Source: an uncultured Gammaproteobacteria bacterium (GTDB lineage: Bacteria > Patescibacteriota > Patescibacteriia > UBA11705 > JABHMO01). From it: DNA of 64,000 bases. The notes beneath the pieces are model-generated. The model saw only the letters and a list, made by a program, of their open reading frames with translations, was not told the origin of the DNA and made no database searches. This document shows, piece by piece, positions 28,786 to 38,007 of this stretch. The position numbers and the translations under genes were made by a program. The stretch covers positions 366,172-430,171 of the forward strand of contig CAZPYM010000001.1 of assembly GCA_964590105.1 (NCBI GenBank). The letters are read 5' to 3'. How positions within the stretch are numbered: position 1 is the stretch's first letter; the number at the start of each line of letters is the position of its first letter.

Positions 28786-29997
28786 TCAATCTCGCAACCT
28801 AAAACCTCCGACCTTTTTCCGAAGTTTATTGAGTTTTAACAAAAATGCCGGTTTGACTGTTAATTCTCCATAACGATCGTTTATTTTATCAAGAAACGGA
28901 ATCAGTTCGGTCCTTTTGCGATCAGCTAACCAAAGCGGCAACTGGCAAAAACCGGCATCCTGCAAATTGCTCACCTGAATGCCAACCAGGCGCACTGCCC
29001 GCGCCAACCTGAACTTGCTTATTTTTGCTTCGCCAAACTGGAAGAAGACGGCGCTGTCATTAAGATGGCGGGCAAAAGTCTGGCGCGCTCCGGCGTGAGT
29101 AAAATCAGCATACCGCCAATAAATCACAACCGTCCTGCCGGTCAATTTCAAACGCCGCAATTCGCGGCCGACTTTTTCGCACAAATGAAGCAAGACCACC
29201 AAGATTTCTTGCTTGTCAAAAGTATTTCGAGGCAAAGTATATGACCGGCCGACTGATTTCACGGCCGTCTCGATAAAATATGGGGTAACCGGCGAATCAT
29301 CCAGTCCCCGCGCCATATTATACAATTTCTGACCGCAAAAACTTCCAAATATTTGCTGAAGCAAAACAAGCGGTTGTTCTCTCAATTTAATCACGCTATC
29401 AATGCCCAAAGAAAGCAAATGTTTTTCCAGCCGGCGCCCGATACCACAAAAATCAGTTAGCTTTGAATAATTCAAAACTTCTAACTGATTCTGTTCATTA
29501 ATCAAAAAAAGCCCATCCGGCTTATTTATATCAGAGGCTAATTTAGCCAGCAATTTATTTCCCGCGATACCAACGGAGGCGGTAACAACTTCGCCGAGCT
29601 CGCGCACAATTTCAATTTTTATTTTTTTTGCCCGGCTAACGGCCTCTGCTTCAGTCTTCACATAGCCGGTCATGTCCAAAAATGCTTCGTCAATGCTGAA
29701 AACTTCCACTGCTTCAGTGTATTTTTTTAATATGACGATCAGCCGACGGCTGATATTCTCATACTTGGCGCCGTCCGGCTCAACAAAAATTATTGCGGGA
29801 TAAATTTTTTTTGCTTCAAATGGCAGCATTCCAGTTTTGATTCCGAGCTTCTTTGCCTCCCGAGATGAAGCAACAATCACCGAACGCGACCCTTGTTTTC
29901 CGCAAACAACTATTGGCCGGCCGCGCAAACTCTGGCAGGCTTGCTGCTCACAGCTGGCAAAAAAAGAATCCATATCAACATGGAAAATAACGCGCAT
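28786..29997 (-). CDS. dinB: Y-family DNA polymerase IV
   Basis: HVDMDSFFAS, SIDEAFLD, NKLLAKLASD..KPDG motifs. Confidence 0.95.
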   Translation of the reverse strand: MRVIFHVDMDSFFASCEQQACQSLRGRPIVVCGKQGSRSVIVASSREAKKLGIKTGMLPFEAKKIYPAIIFVEPDGAKYENISRRLIVILKKYTEAVEVFSIDEAFLDMTGYVKTEAEAVSRAKKIKIEIVRELGEVVTASVGIAGNKLLAKLASDINKPDGLFLINEQNQLEVLNYSKLTDFCGIGRRLEKHLLSLGIDSVIKLREQPLVLLQQIFGSFCGQKLYNMARGLDDSPVTPYFIETAVKSVGRSYTLPRNTFDKQEILVVLLHLCEKVGRELRRLKLTGRTVVIYWRYADFTHAGARQTFARHLNDSAVFFQFGEAKISKFRLARAVRLVGIQVSNLQDAGFCQLPLWLADRKRTELIPFLDKINDRYGELTVKPAFLLKLNKLRKKVGGFRLRD

Positions 29998-30054
29998 AAA
30001 ACTCTAAATTTAAAATTTCCCAATTTATTAAATCCAAATAGCGCTATTTAGAGT

Positions 30055-30300
30055 TTAAGTATAGTATGCTTCTTCCAAAACCCATCGGCTGCTCTCCGTA
30101 TAAAAACAAAGTTTAAAACTGTCTTCGCCCGCGCTGACAGAAAAAAAATAACATTTGTCATGGCCGATTCGCTCACTGTGAACCAAATTAACCTTATTGA
30201 TTGAGTATTTTTTATTATCCCAACTAAAAGACAAAGGAAGAACCTTGCCCTTCATAAATGCAACTAAAACCTCAACTTGTTGGTTAATTGTTTCGAGCAT
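30055..30300 (-). CDS. Small beta-rich protein upstream of dinB (DUF6504-like)
   Basis: P..F.W....Y.I pattern; position in the SOS cassette. Confidence 0.65.
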   Translation of the reverse strand: MLETINQQVEVLVAFMKGKVLPLSFSWDNKKYSINKVNLVHSERIGHDKCYFFSVSAGEDSFKLCFYTESSRWVLEEAYYT

Positions 30301-30656
30301 ATATTCTGAAAAGCAACACTAATCCATTAATCTTCTTAAAAATTTTAGAATTGATTGTTTAATCTCCTCTGTTTCCATAATTAGATTTTGATTTTAATAA
30401 TTAATTCCGGAGTAAGGGGAATAAAAGTACTTTTCATATTATTGCGGACACACAAATCAACAAGCAGATTTTTTATACGTTAAATCCGCAGGGGATCCGT
30501 GAAAGTCGCATTATTAAACGTAAATAGTTAGGTCTTCCCAAAGACCACGAAGATTTCTGAATAATTTTTTGAGTTTTCTTTTGCTCATATGCTTTTCCTT
30601 GGCGAAAGGGTTAAATATCCATGCTTATTAAATATTCAACCCCGCCGCCTTATTAA

Positions 30657-31124
30657 TTATTTTAAATAAATTATTTTCCCCATAGGCATGCGATCATGCC
30701 CGGTATACTGCAGAAATTGCTGATTGGCTTTTGTTGTCAATAAATACACCCGGGTTATATTGTGATAACGAACGCGAACACCCTTAATTCCTTCCGGCGT
30801 TCTAAACCATTTTCTTTTTTCATAACCCATCAAGCTCGGTATCCAAACTGTTTTCGGCGCCAGCCAGTCCCAAAGCCCGTCCTGAACCGATTCAATTTTT
30901 GCCCAGCCGGTTTTTGGCATCTTGAAAAACTTGTCTCTGTTTCCCCAGTGATAAAGATGGATTTCACCGCTCTCATCTTCTGCTGGCAAGAAAGGCTTGT
31001 TCTGCCAGAAAAAAGTTTGTACTGAATCGCCTTTTCTTTGTTTTCCAAACTCTTCCGGCGTGAAAAACTGGTCCAGTTCATTTGGTTTAATTGTATCGAT
31101 TGGAAAAGTTATTCCGGCGCACAT
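30657..31124 (-). CDS. Compact SRAP/HMCES-like protein
   Basis: N-terminal Met-Cys, a WG motif and C-terminal HDRMP. Confidence 0.65.
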   Translation of the reverse strand: MCAGITFPIDTIKPNELDQFFTPEEFGKQRKGDSVQTFFWQNKPFLPAEDESGEIHLYHWGNRDKFFKMPKTGWAKIESVQDGLWDWLAPKTVWIPSLMGYEKRKWFRTPEGIKGVRVRYHNITRVYLLTTKANQQFLQYTGHDRMPMGKIIYLK

Positions 31125-31126
31125 AT

Positions 31127-31667
31127 AGGCTACTAATTACGAATCCGCTACTAATCTACGAATAGCTACGAATTCAGCAATCAAATTGAGATTAATATAA
31201 ATTTACTACACGAGAAAATTTTACTCCGTCAGAACAAAAGGTCGCTAATATGCCCAATTTTAAATTTTCCACTTTTAAATACTTTTTCACTTGGGCAAAA
31301 TCTTGTTTTGAAAACCTTGGCCGTACTTTCAATTCCAAAACCATTTTATTCTCAACAACGAAATCCGGATAGTAGAGGCCAACCCTCTTTCCTTCATATT
31401 CAATCTTACAATACAACTGTTGATTAAATTTCAGTCCTTTATTTTTTAATGCTTGTTCCACTGCATTACAATATATTCGTTCAGGATGTCTCGGTCCTAA
31501 TTCATTATAAACATCAAACAAAGCTCCAATTATTTCAAAACTTAAATCTTTATAAATGATTTCTGTTTTATTTTTGTCTTTCTCTCCCATAAAAAACTTT
31601 TTATTTGTTTATTTGTTATTATTAGTAATAATTAGTAGATTTGTAGCGGATTCGTAATTCGTAGCCT
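31127..31667. mobile_element. GxxExxY cassette bounded by 37-bp inverted repeats
   Basis: 31127-31163 matches the reverse complement of 31631-31667 at 34 of 37 positions. Confidence 0.6.
31192..31590 (-). CDS. GxxExxY family PD-(D/E)xK protein
   Basis: VYNELGPRHPERIY; PDFVVE..VLELK; QVKKYL. Confidence 0.9.
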   Translation of the reverse strand: MGEKDKNKTEIIYKDLSFEIIGALFDVYNELGPRHPERIYCNAVEQALKNKGLKFNQQLYCKIEYEGKRVGLYYPDFVVENKMVLELKVRPRFSKQDFAQVKKYLKVENLKLGILATFCSDGVKFSRVVNLY

Positions 31668-31668
31668 C

Positions 31669-32271
31669 TCACGCGAATTTGCGAATAATTGCCCGGACTA
31701 CGCCACGAATCGCTACGTCTTTGCAGTAAATCGGCGACATGGAAGAATTTGCAGGCTGTAATCTAATCCGGTTTGTCTCACGATAAAAAGTTTTCAAAGT
31801 GGCAAAAGCATTGTCAAGCAAAGCCACCACCACATCTCCGTTTCTAGGAGAATGATTTCTCTCCACCACAACATAATCACCGCTCAAAATCCCTTCGTCA
31901 ATCATTGACTCTCCGCTGACTTTCAAGACAAAGGCATTTTCATCAGGCACCAGATCAGCGGGCACGGCAATTGTTTCATGCTCTTCCAAAGCCTCGATAG
32001 GCTCTCCGGCAGTGATTAAGCCGACCAAAGGCAATTCAATCGACTTGGCGAGCCGCATAACCTTGCTGGTCAAGGCGAGCCCACGCGCTGAATCCGCCTC
32101 CATATCCAGATAGCCTTTGCTTTTCAATGTCTGCAAATGTTGGTGAATAGTCGCGGGCGAAGATAAGCCCAGAGCCTCAGCTATTTCACGATAGCTGGGA
32201 GAATAGTCATAATCTTTGATAAATGTTTTTACGAATTTGAGTACTTCTGATTGTCTTTTAGTTAAAGTCAT
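31669..32271 (-). CDS. lexA: SOS repressor LexA
   Basis: LT.RQ, PSYREI, AG cleavage site (TAGEP), GESM and TLK catalytic residues. Confidence 0.97.
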   Translation of the reverse strand: MTLTKRQSEVLKFVKTFIKDYDYSPSYREIAEALGLSSPATIHQHLQTLKSKGYLDMEADSARGLALTSKVMRLAKSIELPLVGLITAGEPIEALEEHETIAVPADLVPDENAFVLKVSGESMIDEGILSGDYVVVERNHSPRNGDVVVALLDNAFATLKTFYRETNRIRLQPANSSMSPIYCKDVAIRGVVRAIIRKFA

Positions 32272-32294
32272 AGGATTTGTTGGTTAATTGATTA

Positions 32295-32364
32295 GTTCGG
32301 TTTCTGTTCGTATATTCTTATTATAACCGAACAAAACACGAACAACAAGTCCGGCTGTGGATAA
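32295..32364 (-). promoter_or_regulatory. lexA promoter with two GTTC-N7-GTTC operators and a DnaA box
   Basis: GTTC-N7-GTTC 32295-32309; -10 TATAAT 32320-32325 (minus strand); GAAC-N7-GAAC 32329-32343; TGTGGATAA 32356-32364. Confidence 0.75.
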
Positions 32365-32545
32365 CTCCTTGAAATAGAACCTAGTGGTAAGAAAACAATA
32401 AAACAACGAAACAATATCCACCACATGCCAAAGGCAGACAGGTTTAGCGGAAGAAAAAAAAAGCTCCCGCCTTGACGGGACTTCCCTGTTTTTCCTCTTT
32501 CAATCTCAAACTTCACCACCGGGGTTACTCACTACTTATTACTTA

Positions 32546-32836
32546 CTACTCCCCCTCCGTCCCTTCAACTCGATCAAAAACCTCTTCTTCTTTGCCCAAA
32601 AATTTATTCCAATCTTCTTCACTTTTTCCTTGTTTAATAAAATCGCGTTTTAATTGAAAGCATTTGCAAAAATTTTCAAACACAGAAGGAAATCTTTCCA
32701 ATAGACTGACAATTTTTGGATATTGCGGCTGTTCTGAAATGGAATTAAAAAACTGGCGCATTAACTCTTGCGAACGATTATCTAACTCTGAATTTTTTAA
32801 CAGCCCTTCGATTTGAGCTACTTGAGCGTCGTTCAT
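32546..32836 (-). CDS. Hypothetical protein
   Basis: 96-aa ORF with protein-like composition. Confidence 0.7.
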   Translation of the reverse strand: MNDAQVAQIEGLLKNSELDNRSQELMRQFFNSISEQPQYPKIVSLLERFPSVFENFCKCFQLKRDFIKQGKSEEDWNKFLGKEEEVFDRVEGTEGE

Positions 32837-33000
32837 AAAGATTCTCTTCCCTCAAATAAAAATCCATTTAACTGCTCGGAAAGCTGACGAAAAATTCTCC
32901 GATCCTCCAAGGATGTTTCCCTAAGCGCAGATTCTAATCCTGGCAGAACTGTTTCCATTCCACTGTCTTTTCTTTCAATTGGTCCTTCAAAATTTATCAT
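32833..33000 (-). CDS. Hypothetical 55-aa protein (below the ORF-track cutoff)
   Basis: MINFEGPIERKDSG...EGRESL; its stop overlaps the next start as ATGA. Confidence 0.55.
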   Translation of the reverse strand: MINFEGPIERKDSGMETVLPGLESALRETSLEDRRIFRQLSEQLNGFLFEGRESL

Positions 33001-33092
33001 ATTTATGTATGCTTTCTTTCTTGATTAGAGTATATATAATTTTTTCAGATTTGGCAATATTATTACTTTATCAAATTAAAACCGTTCATATA

Positions 33093-33127
33093 AAATAAAA
33101 AACCCCGACTCACGATGTAAGTCGGGG
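33093..33127 (-). terminator. Terminator of the MVP gene
   Basis: CCCCGACT/AGTCGGGG stem with a U-tract on the minus strand. Confidence 0.8.
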
Positions 33128-33152
33128 ATTCTTGCTACATAATCACAGGTTT

Positions 33153-35879
33153 CTACGCGCTAGGCGCGCTTCCACCACTAGATTTTCCGTCAGCCCACTC
33201 CTTGATGAGGGGCAGTAATCCCTGCAAACGAGGGAACTCATTGATAATCCTGGAGGCAATGGCCATGGGGGACTTGCCTTCGAGAATCGACAAATCGGAG
33301 AAGTTGTCAGCCACCAGCTTCGCCACCTCAGTCTGCGTAAGTTGCTCCAGTACTGCCACCAGCTGAGGACTAAAAGCAGTAGCAATCGCCACTGCCGCCT
33401 TTACCTCCGCTTCATGAGCTTCCAGCGCCAGCGCCTGCTGATCCTTGCGGATCTGCAAATCAACGTTACTGTCAGCTGATCTGATCGTTCGACGCCCGTC
33501 GGCAATTGCAGCCTCTTCTTCCAGCTGCTGTTTGGCCGCTTCCATTCTGGCCGCGGTCAAAACAATCTCGGTTTCCTGCCTCTTGGTCTTGATTTCTGCA
33601 TCATGAGCTTGCGCATCACTGTCCACTGTTCTGGAAAATTCCTTCTTTGCCAATTCGATCTGGCGAGCAGCTTCATCTGTGCCCGACAGAAGAGCGGTCT
33701 TTTCCTTCAATCGAGCCAACGAGGCCTCATGCATGGAAACTTCCGTTTCCCTAACCAGATTCAATTCTTCACGTGCGAATGACTGCAGTCGTGCAGTTGT
33801 TTGTACCTGCCTCTCTTTGACTACCAGTTCCAGGCTGGTTTTGACCGCACTGAGTTGCGCATCGCCCAACAACTGCTGAATATTCTGATCCATGATTTGC
33901 AAACCCAGGACTTCTACGTCATAGATCTGCATCATATTCTCAGCAAACTTCATTCCTTCTCTCTCTACGCCGGGAGTCGTGGACTTGGCGCCGAGAATTG
34001 CATTCCGAACAATCTCGGTAACCATTTCCTTGAGTTCGGCGATATGAACTTTCTTGACCGCCGACTTGAGCACGCTTCTCGCGTGATCGCAAAGGAACTT
34101 CACATAGTTCTCGACATCAAACCACTTGTTCGTGTCTTCACCTTCGAAATTGACACGGTAACTGAGCTTGATTTCGCAAGGAACCAAGTCCGTGGTTTCC
34201 ACGTTGACGATATCGCCAACCTTATTTCCGCGCACCCGCAGATACACTGTTCTGACGAGTTTGTCCATAGTCTTCGGCTTCCCGCTGCTCAGGACCATAG
34301 GCTCGAGATTTTCATCGTAAGCCAGGAAAATGGTTTCCGGCCCGACGACCACTCTGCCCTTATCTCCTTTTCCCTTCCCAACGACCTTGACTGCGTAATT
34401 GGTCCACGGACGAACCGTGACAACGCCGTCGTACTTGGAATCAAGGGAAACAGTCCGCGGCGGAGTAAACGTATCCTGGCGATCGAATTGTGCGCCACCG
34501 AATTCTCTTGCAGTAGTTCTGCGGCTGGCCACGCTCGAAGAGCGCGGCTTCACACCGCCGCCCAATTCATCATCAGGGTCAACTAGGCCACCCGCAAGTG
34601 CTTCTGCTTCTGAAAGAGCCTGCACCGAAGCCACCCGTCGACGCAACGCTTCATTGTACTTCCTGGCTTCTTCATTTCCGGGATAGTAAAGCCTTGCTTC
34701 TTCTTCAGAAAGCCTTCGCTTGGTCATCACCTGAAAGCGAGGATCAGCCAGGAACATCTTCGGTCCGAGCACAGTTTCAACCATGCTCGTCCGGCGATCC
34801 AGAACATAGCGCCCTTCACCCTGAGGAATCGCCACGGCAAAATGAATCTCTCTGTCACTGTACTTGATGATGGCGTGTTCACGCCTCGGCATGTACACCT
34901 GATTGGTAATGAAAAGCTCATCGCCAACTGCATGAGCTTTCTTCCCACCTTCAAGCTTTTCTTCATACGCTTCGATCACCTTGACGTGGATGCCTTTCAA
35001 GCTGTCAAGCTCGTAAGCTCGGAACTTTTTCTCTCCGGTATTGCTGGACACAAATTCCTGTGTCGGCTTAGGGAACACAACGTTCGGGCCATACACGTAC
35101 TCCTGCTGGCCATTTTCATCGAGCAAAACCGCGTATTCGAGGTTCTTCAACGTCACAGCCTCACGGACGTAACTCCGAGCCTCATCCTTCTTGACCTTTA
35201 CTCCGGTCGGAGGAATAAAAAAAGCAACATCCGTGCCCTTGATGATAAGACGCTTACCATTGGCCAAGCCCATAGGAACCTGGGAAAATATGCCGCTGAC
35301 TTCAACGGCTTTGTCATCCTGGTCGTTCTCACCACTCACTTTCTTTCCATCTTTCTTTCCATCGACGCCGTCATCTCCAGTATTGTCTCTGTTTTCTTTC
35401 GACGTCTGCTCAACGATTGCTTCTTCCCAGTTCTCTCTGGCAGCTCGAGCGTCGTACACTTCCGCCACGAGATACTGATTGCTGTGAAGCGTATGACCCT
35501 GGACCAAGGTCGCCCTTTGTCCCGGCCACAATGCAAAGGAACAAGGCCCCTTGACATTGATCTTTTTCCCAATCTGCAAAGTCGTCGGCGTTGACTGGTT
35601 ACCTCCCTGATTGGGATTTTTGTTGTCCTTCTCCGGATTGAGAAGTTCGACATACCAACCGTCTGGCGCCACCACGAATTGCATCTTGGCATTGGGTAAT
35701 TCAACCGCAATGAACTTTTTTCCGTCAAACATCATCGGCGAATCATTGGCCGACAGCGTTGCAGTTTTCGGACCGACGTAGATACTGATCTCGCCCTTGG
35801 TCCGATCTTGAATGTATGCGTACTCTCCTGGACCCAGCACTAAATCGCGCTGGTCACGCACGCTCCGCTCTTCTGTCAT
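33153..35879 (-). CDS. Major vault protein (MVP) homologue
   Basis: Tandem vault-type repeats (EYAYIQD...VGP, EYAVLLD...YGP, RYVLD...LGP, VVVGPE..L...E...LSSGKPK). SPFH-like shoulder (DIVNVETTD..CEIKLSY..NF; WFDVENYVKFLCD..RS). Long cap helix and cap-ring-like C-terminus. Confidence 0.85.
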   Translation of the reverse strand: MTEERSVRDQRDLVLGPGEYAYIQDRTKGEISIYVGPKTATLSANDSPMMFDGKKFIAVELPNAKMQFVVAPDGWYVELLNPEKDNKNPNQGGNQSTPTTLQIGKKINVKGPCSFALWPGQRATLVQGHTLHSNQYLVAEVYDARAARENWEEAIVEQTSKENRDNTGDDGVDGKKDGKKVSGENDQDDKAVEVSGIFSQVPMGLANGKRLIIKGTDVAFFIPPTGVKVKKDEARSYVREAVTLKNLEYAVLLDENGQQEYVYGPNVVFPKPTQEFVSSNTGEKKFRAYELDSLKGIHVKVIEAYEEKLEGGKKAHAVGDELFITNQVYMPRREHAIIKYSDREIHFAVAIPQGEGRYVLDRRTSMVETVLGPKMFLADPRFQVMTKRRLSEEEARLYYPGNEEARKYNEALRRRVASVQALSEAEALAGGLVDPDDELGGGVKPRSSSVASRRTTAREFGGAQFDRQDTFTPPRTVSLDSKYDGVVTVRPWTNYAVKVVGKGKGDKGRVVVGPETIFLAYDENLEPMVLSSGKPKTMDKLVRTVYLRVRGNKVGDIVNVETTDLVPCEIKLSYRVNFEGEDTNKWFDVENYVKFLCDHARSVLKSAVKKVHIAELKEMVTEIVRNAILGAKSTTPGVEREGMKFAENMMQIYDVEVLGLQIMDQNIQQLLGDAQLSAVKTSLELVVKERQVQTTARLQSFAREELNLVRETEVSMHEASLARLKEKTALLSGTDEAARQIELAKKEFSRTVDSDAQAHDAEIKTKRQETEIVLTAARMEAAKQQLEEEAAIADGRRTIRSADSNVDLQIRKDQQALALEAHEAEVKAAVAIATAFSPQLVAVLEQLTQTEVAKLVADNFSDLSILEGKSPMAIASRIINEFPRLQGLLPLIKEWADGKSSGGSAPSA

Positions 35880-35958
35880 TCACGCCTCCTGGTTTGTTGT
35901 GGAAACAAGCGACGGCACAGTTGCCTTCGCTTATTTATCATAATTGTCAAACAACAAG

Positions 35959-35995
35959 ATTATAACAATTTACCTAAATAATCGCCATTTGTCAA
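35959..35995 (-). promoter_or_regulatory. MVP promoter
   Basis: TTGACA-17 bp-TAAATT plus an adjacent extended -10 TGTTATAAT; AGGAGG SD before the ATG. Confidence 0.7.
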
Positions 35996-36071
35996 GTCTA
36001 AACAACTTATCTAAAATTAAACAAAAAAGGAAGAACAAATGTATTCTTCCTGCATATAATTTTTGCGGCCA

Positions 36072-36491
36072 TTAAGGCGCGCGCTTTCGAAGCATTACGA
36101 ACAATGAATCCGGATTGACCCGGCATCCTTCTGCCTCTATCGCGTTGTTGTCAGGCAAAGAATCTGCCGCTTGTTCCTGGTCAGATTCGTTCGCGGAATC
36201 ATCGCTGTTGGATTCGCTAACAAAAGTCAGCTTCTCCCGCAGACGCACCAAAATGGCGCCCTTGCCTATCTCTTCCGGCTTGGTGTCGCGAATTTCTTCG
36301 CACAGCCACCATTCGCCGTCCTTTGGCAATTCGCCCACCCAGGCCTTGCGCCTGTCCGGAAAATACCCATTAATGAGGACAATCTTGCGCGTGCGCGGAA
36401 TATTACCATTGGCTCCCAAATCACTGAAAATCTTGCCCTTGATCCCCCCATCGGAACCGCAGGTAAAACGCACCTTCAGTAGCTCTTGCAT
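36072..36491 (-). CDS. Hypothetical protein
   Basis: GGGAG SD, upstream promoter-like sequence, 139-aa ORF. Confidence 0.65.
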   Translation of the reverse strand: MQELLKVRFTCGSDGGIKGKIFSDLGANGNIPRTRKIVLINGYFPDRRKAWVGELPKDGEWWLCEEIRDTKPEEIGKGAILVRLREKLTFVSESNSDDSANESDQEQAADSLPDNNAIEAEGCRVNPDSLFVMLRKRAP

Positions 36492-36642
36492 GACTATCTC
36501 CCTGATTTTGATTGTTCAATGTCTTATTTTTTTTATTCTATATAATAATCGAATAAATGTCAATGCCCTTGTTTTCTAGGTAAACCCGCATAAAATAAAA
36601 AAACCGTTTGCCGGCTTGTTGATTTTTGTTCCATTTCAAAGA

Positions 36643-36987
36643 TTATACGAATTTTTTAAGACGCTCCAAATCACTATTTTCCAAAATCGCTTTTCTGCTC
36701 AAAATATCAATCAATATCTTGCGGAAATCCATCTCTACCTCTGCTTGCCGATTTATCCTGCGTCCGATTTCTGCACCCAAATCAGCCAGCTTGCGATCAA
36801 GATAGTCTTTTGTTACCATTTGATTTTCCAAAGGCCCGACTTTTTGCTCCAAATTTTCAAATCTCTTATCTACGCTTTCAAATCTTTTATCTACATCTTC
36901 TTTGAATTCAGCAAACTCCGAACGCATAACCATATTCGTTTGAAGAAAATCCATGATATCATTATTTGTAATATCGCCGTTTGCCAT
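36643..36987 (-). CDS. Hypothetical coiled-coil protein
   Basis: VDKRFES/VDKRFEN heptad repeats. Confidence 0.7.
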   Translation of the reverse strand: MANGDITNNDIMDFLQTNMVMRSEFAEFKEDVDKRFESVDKRFENLEQKVGPLENQMVTKDYLDRKLADLGAEIGRRINRQAEVEMDFRKILIDILSRKAILENSDLERLKKFV

Positions 36988-37031
36988 ATATATTATTATA
37001 TCTTTTTTTTCATATTATGCAAATTATTCAA

Positions 37032-37856
37032 TCATCGTCGCTCTCTGGAAGCCATAATTATTGAAAAAACAGCCCGTTCTTTAAAATTACCTTTTGAATT
37101 CATGGCCAGCAAGACTTTTCTAACGTCTATTTTAAAGTCAGCCAGCTTTTTCCCAAAATAGTCGGGCCGCGCAAAAGAACTGGATAAAAGCCAACCAATA
37201 ATATTTTCAACATTCCAGTTTCTTACAACTGACACGCGCCGCGTTTTAATATTATTAAAGTCAGACAGGACAATCACTTTTTCCCATGGCTCTTCGGACT
37301 GCTTAAACATCCCGCTTCCGGCGCGCCTTTGTTTTCCTAAATACTTTTGAACGACTCCTCTCACAGCCGCCTGCCACGTTTCCGTTCCCGTCCAAATACT
37401 GCTGTCGCCAAAAATTGCCACGCCGCCGCCATCATCTATAACTGCGCCAAGATCTTTCAATACTTGTTTTTGATTCAGCCAATGAAATGTCCGGCAAATC
37501 GTCGCTATTTTAAAAGTGCCAATATTACTCTTGATTTTTTTTAAATCTTGAATGCCGCAATTGATCCAAATCAGCTTTATTTTTGTTTTTTTCGTCGCCC
37601 TCCTCGCCTGTTTCAACATTTCCGGATCAGGATCAAAACAAACCATCTCTTTAATTCTGCCATTCATGGCCAGCGCGACCTGACCCGTGCCGCAACCGAT
37701 ATCCAAAACCCTATCGCTCCTTTTAACGCCAAAATGTCTGATGATTACATCCATTACTTTCGCCGGAATGCCCGGCCGGTATTTGGCGTAATATTCCTGC
37801 GCGCCACGAAACAGCTGTGCGGCAGCTTCCTTTTTATTTAATTTGCGAGTTGCCAT
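37032..37856 (-). CDS. Class I SAM-dependent methyltransferase
   Basis: Y..YRP, VLDIGCGTG and FHW motifs. Confidence 0.9.
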   Translation of the reverse strand: MATRKLNKKEAAAQLFRGAQEYYAKYRPGIPAKVMDVIIRHFGVKRSDRVLDIGCGTGQVALAMNGRIKEMVCFDPDPEMLKQARRATKKTKIKLIWINCGIQDLKKIKSNIGTFKIATICRTFHWLNQKQVLKDLGAVIDDGGGVAIFGDSSIWTGTETWQAAVRGVVQKYLGKQRRAGSGMFKQSEEPWEKVIVLSDFNNIKTRRVSVVRNWNVENIIGWLLSSSFARPDYFGKKLADFKIDVRKVLLAMNSKGNFKERAVFSIIMASRERR

Positions 37857-38007
37857 TTATGTAATTAAATTGCTCTAATTAACTTAGATTAATTTTACTT
37901 TGTAATTTGTAATTTCCGATTTTTGCATCTTGCTATCAAAAATATTCCAGTAAATAAAAGCAGAAATCGGCTAATTTACCATATACCTAAACGGAGTGAA
38001 TGGTATA

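Noticed and set aside
33679-35728. Long antisense and alternate-frame ORFs over the MVP gene (261 aa, 250 aa and others)
   Set aside because: Shadow ORFs expected from a GC-richer coding strand; no motifs. The same applies to the many antisense ORFs over core genes.
32546-37856. Prophage
   Set aside because: No integrase, terminase, capsid or tail genes, and no att direct repeats were found
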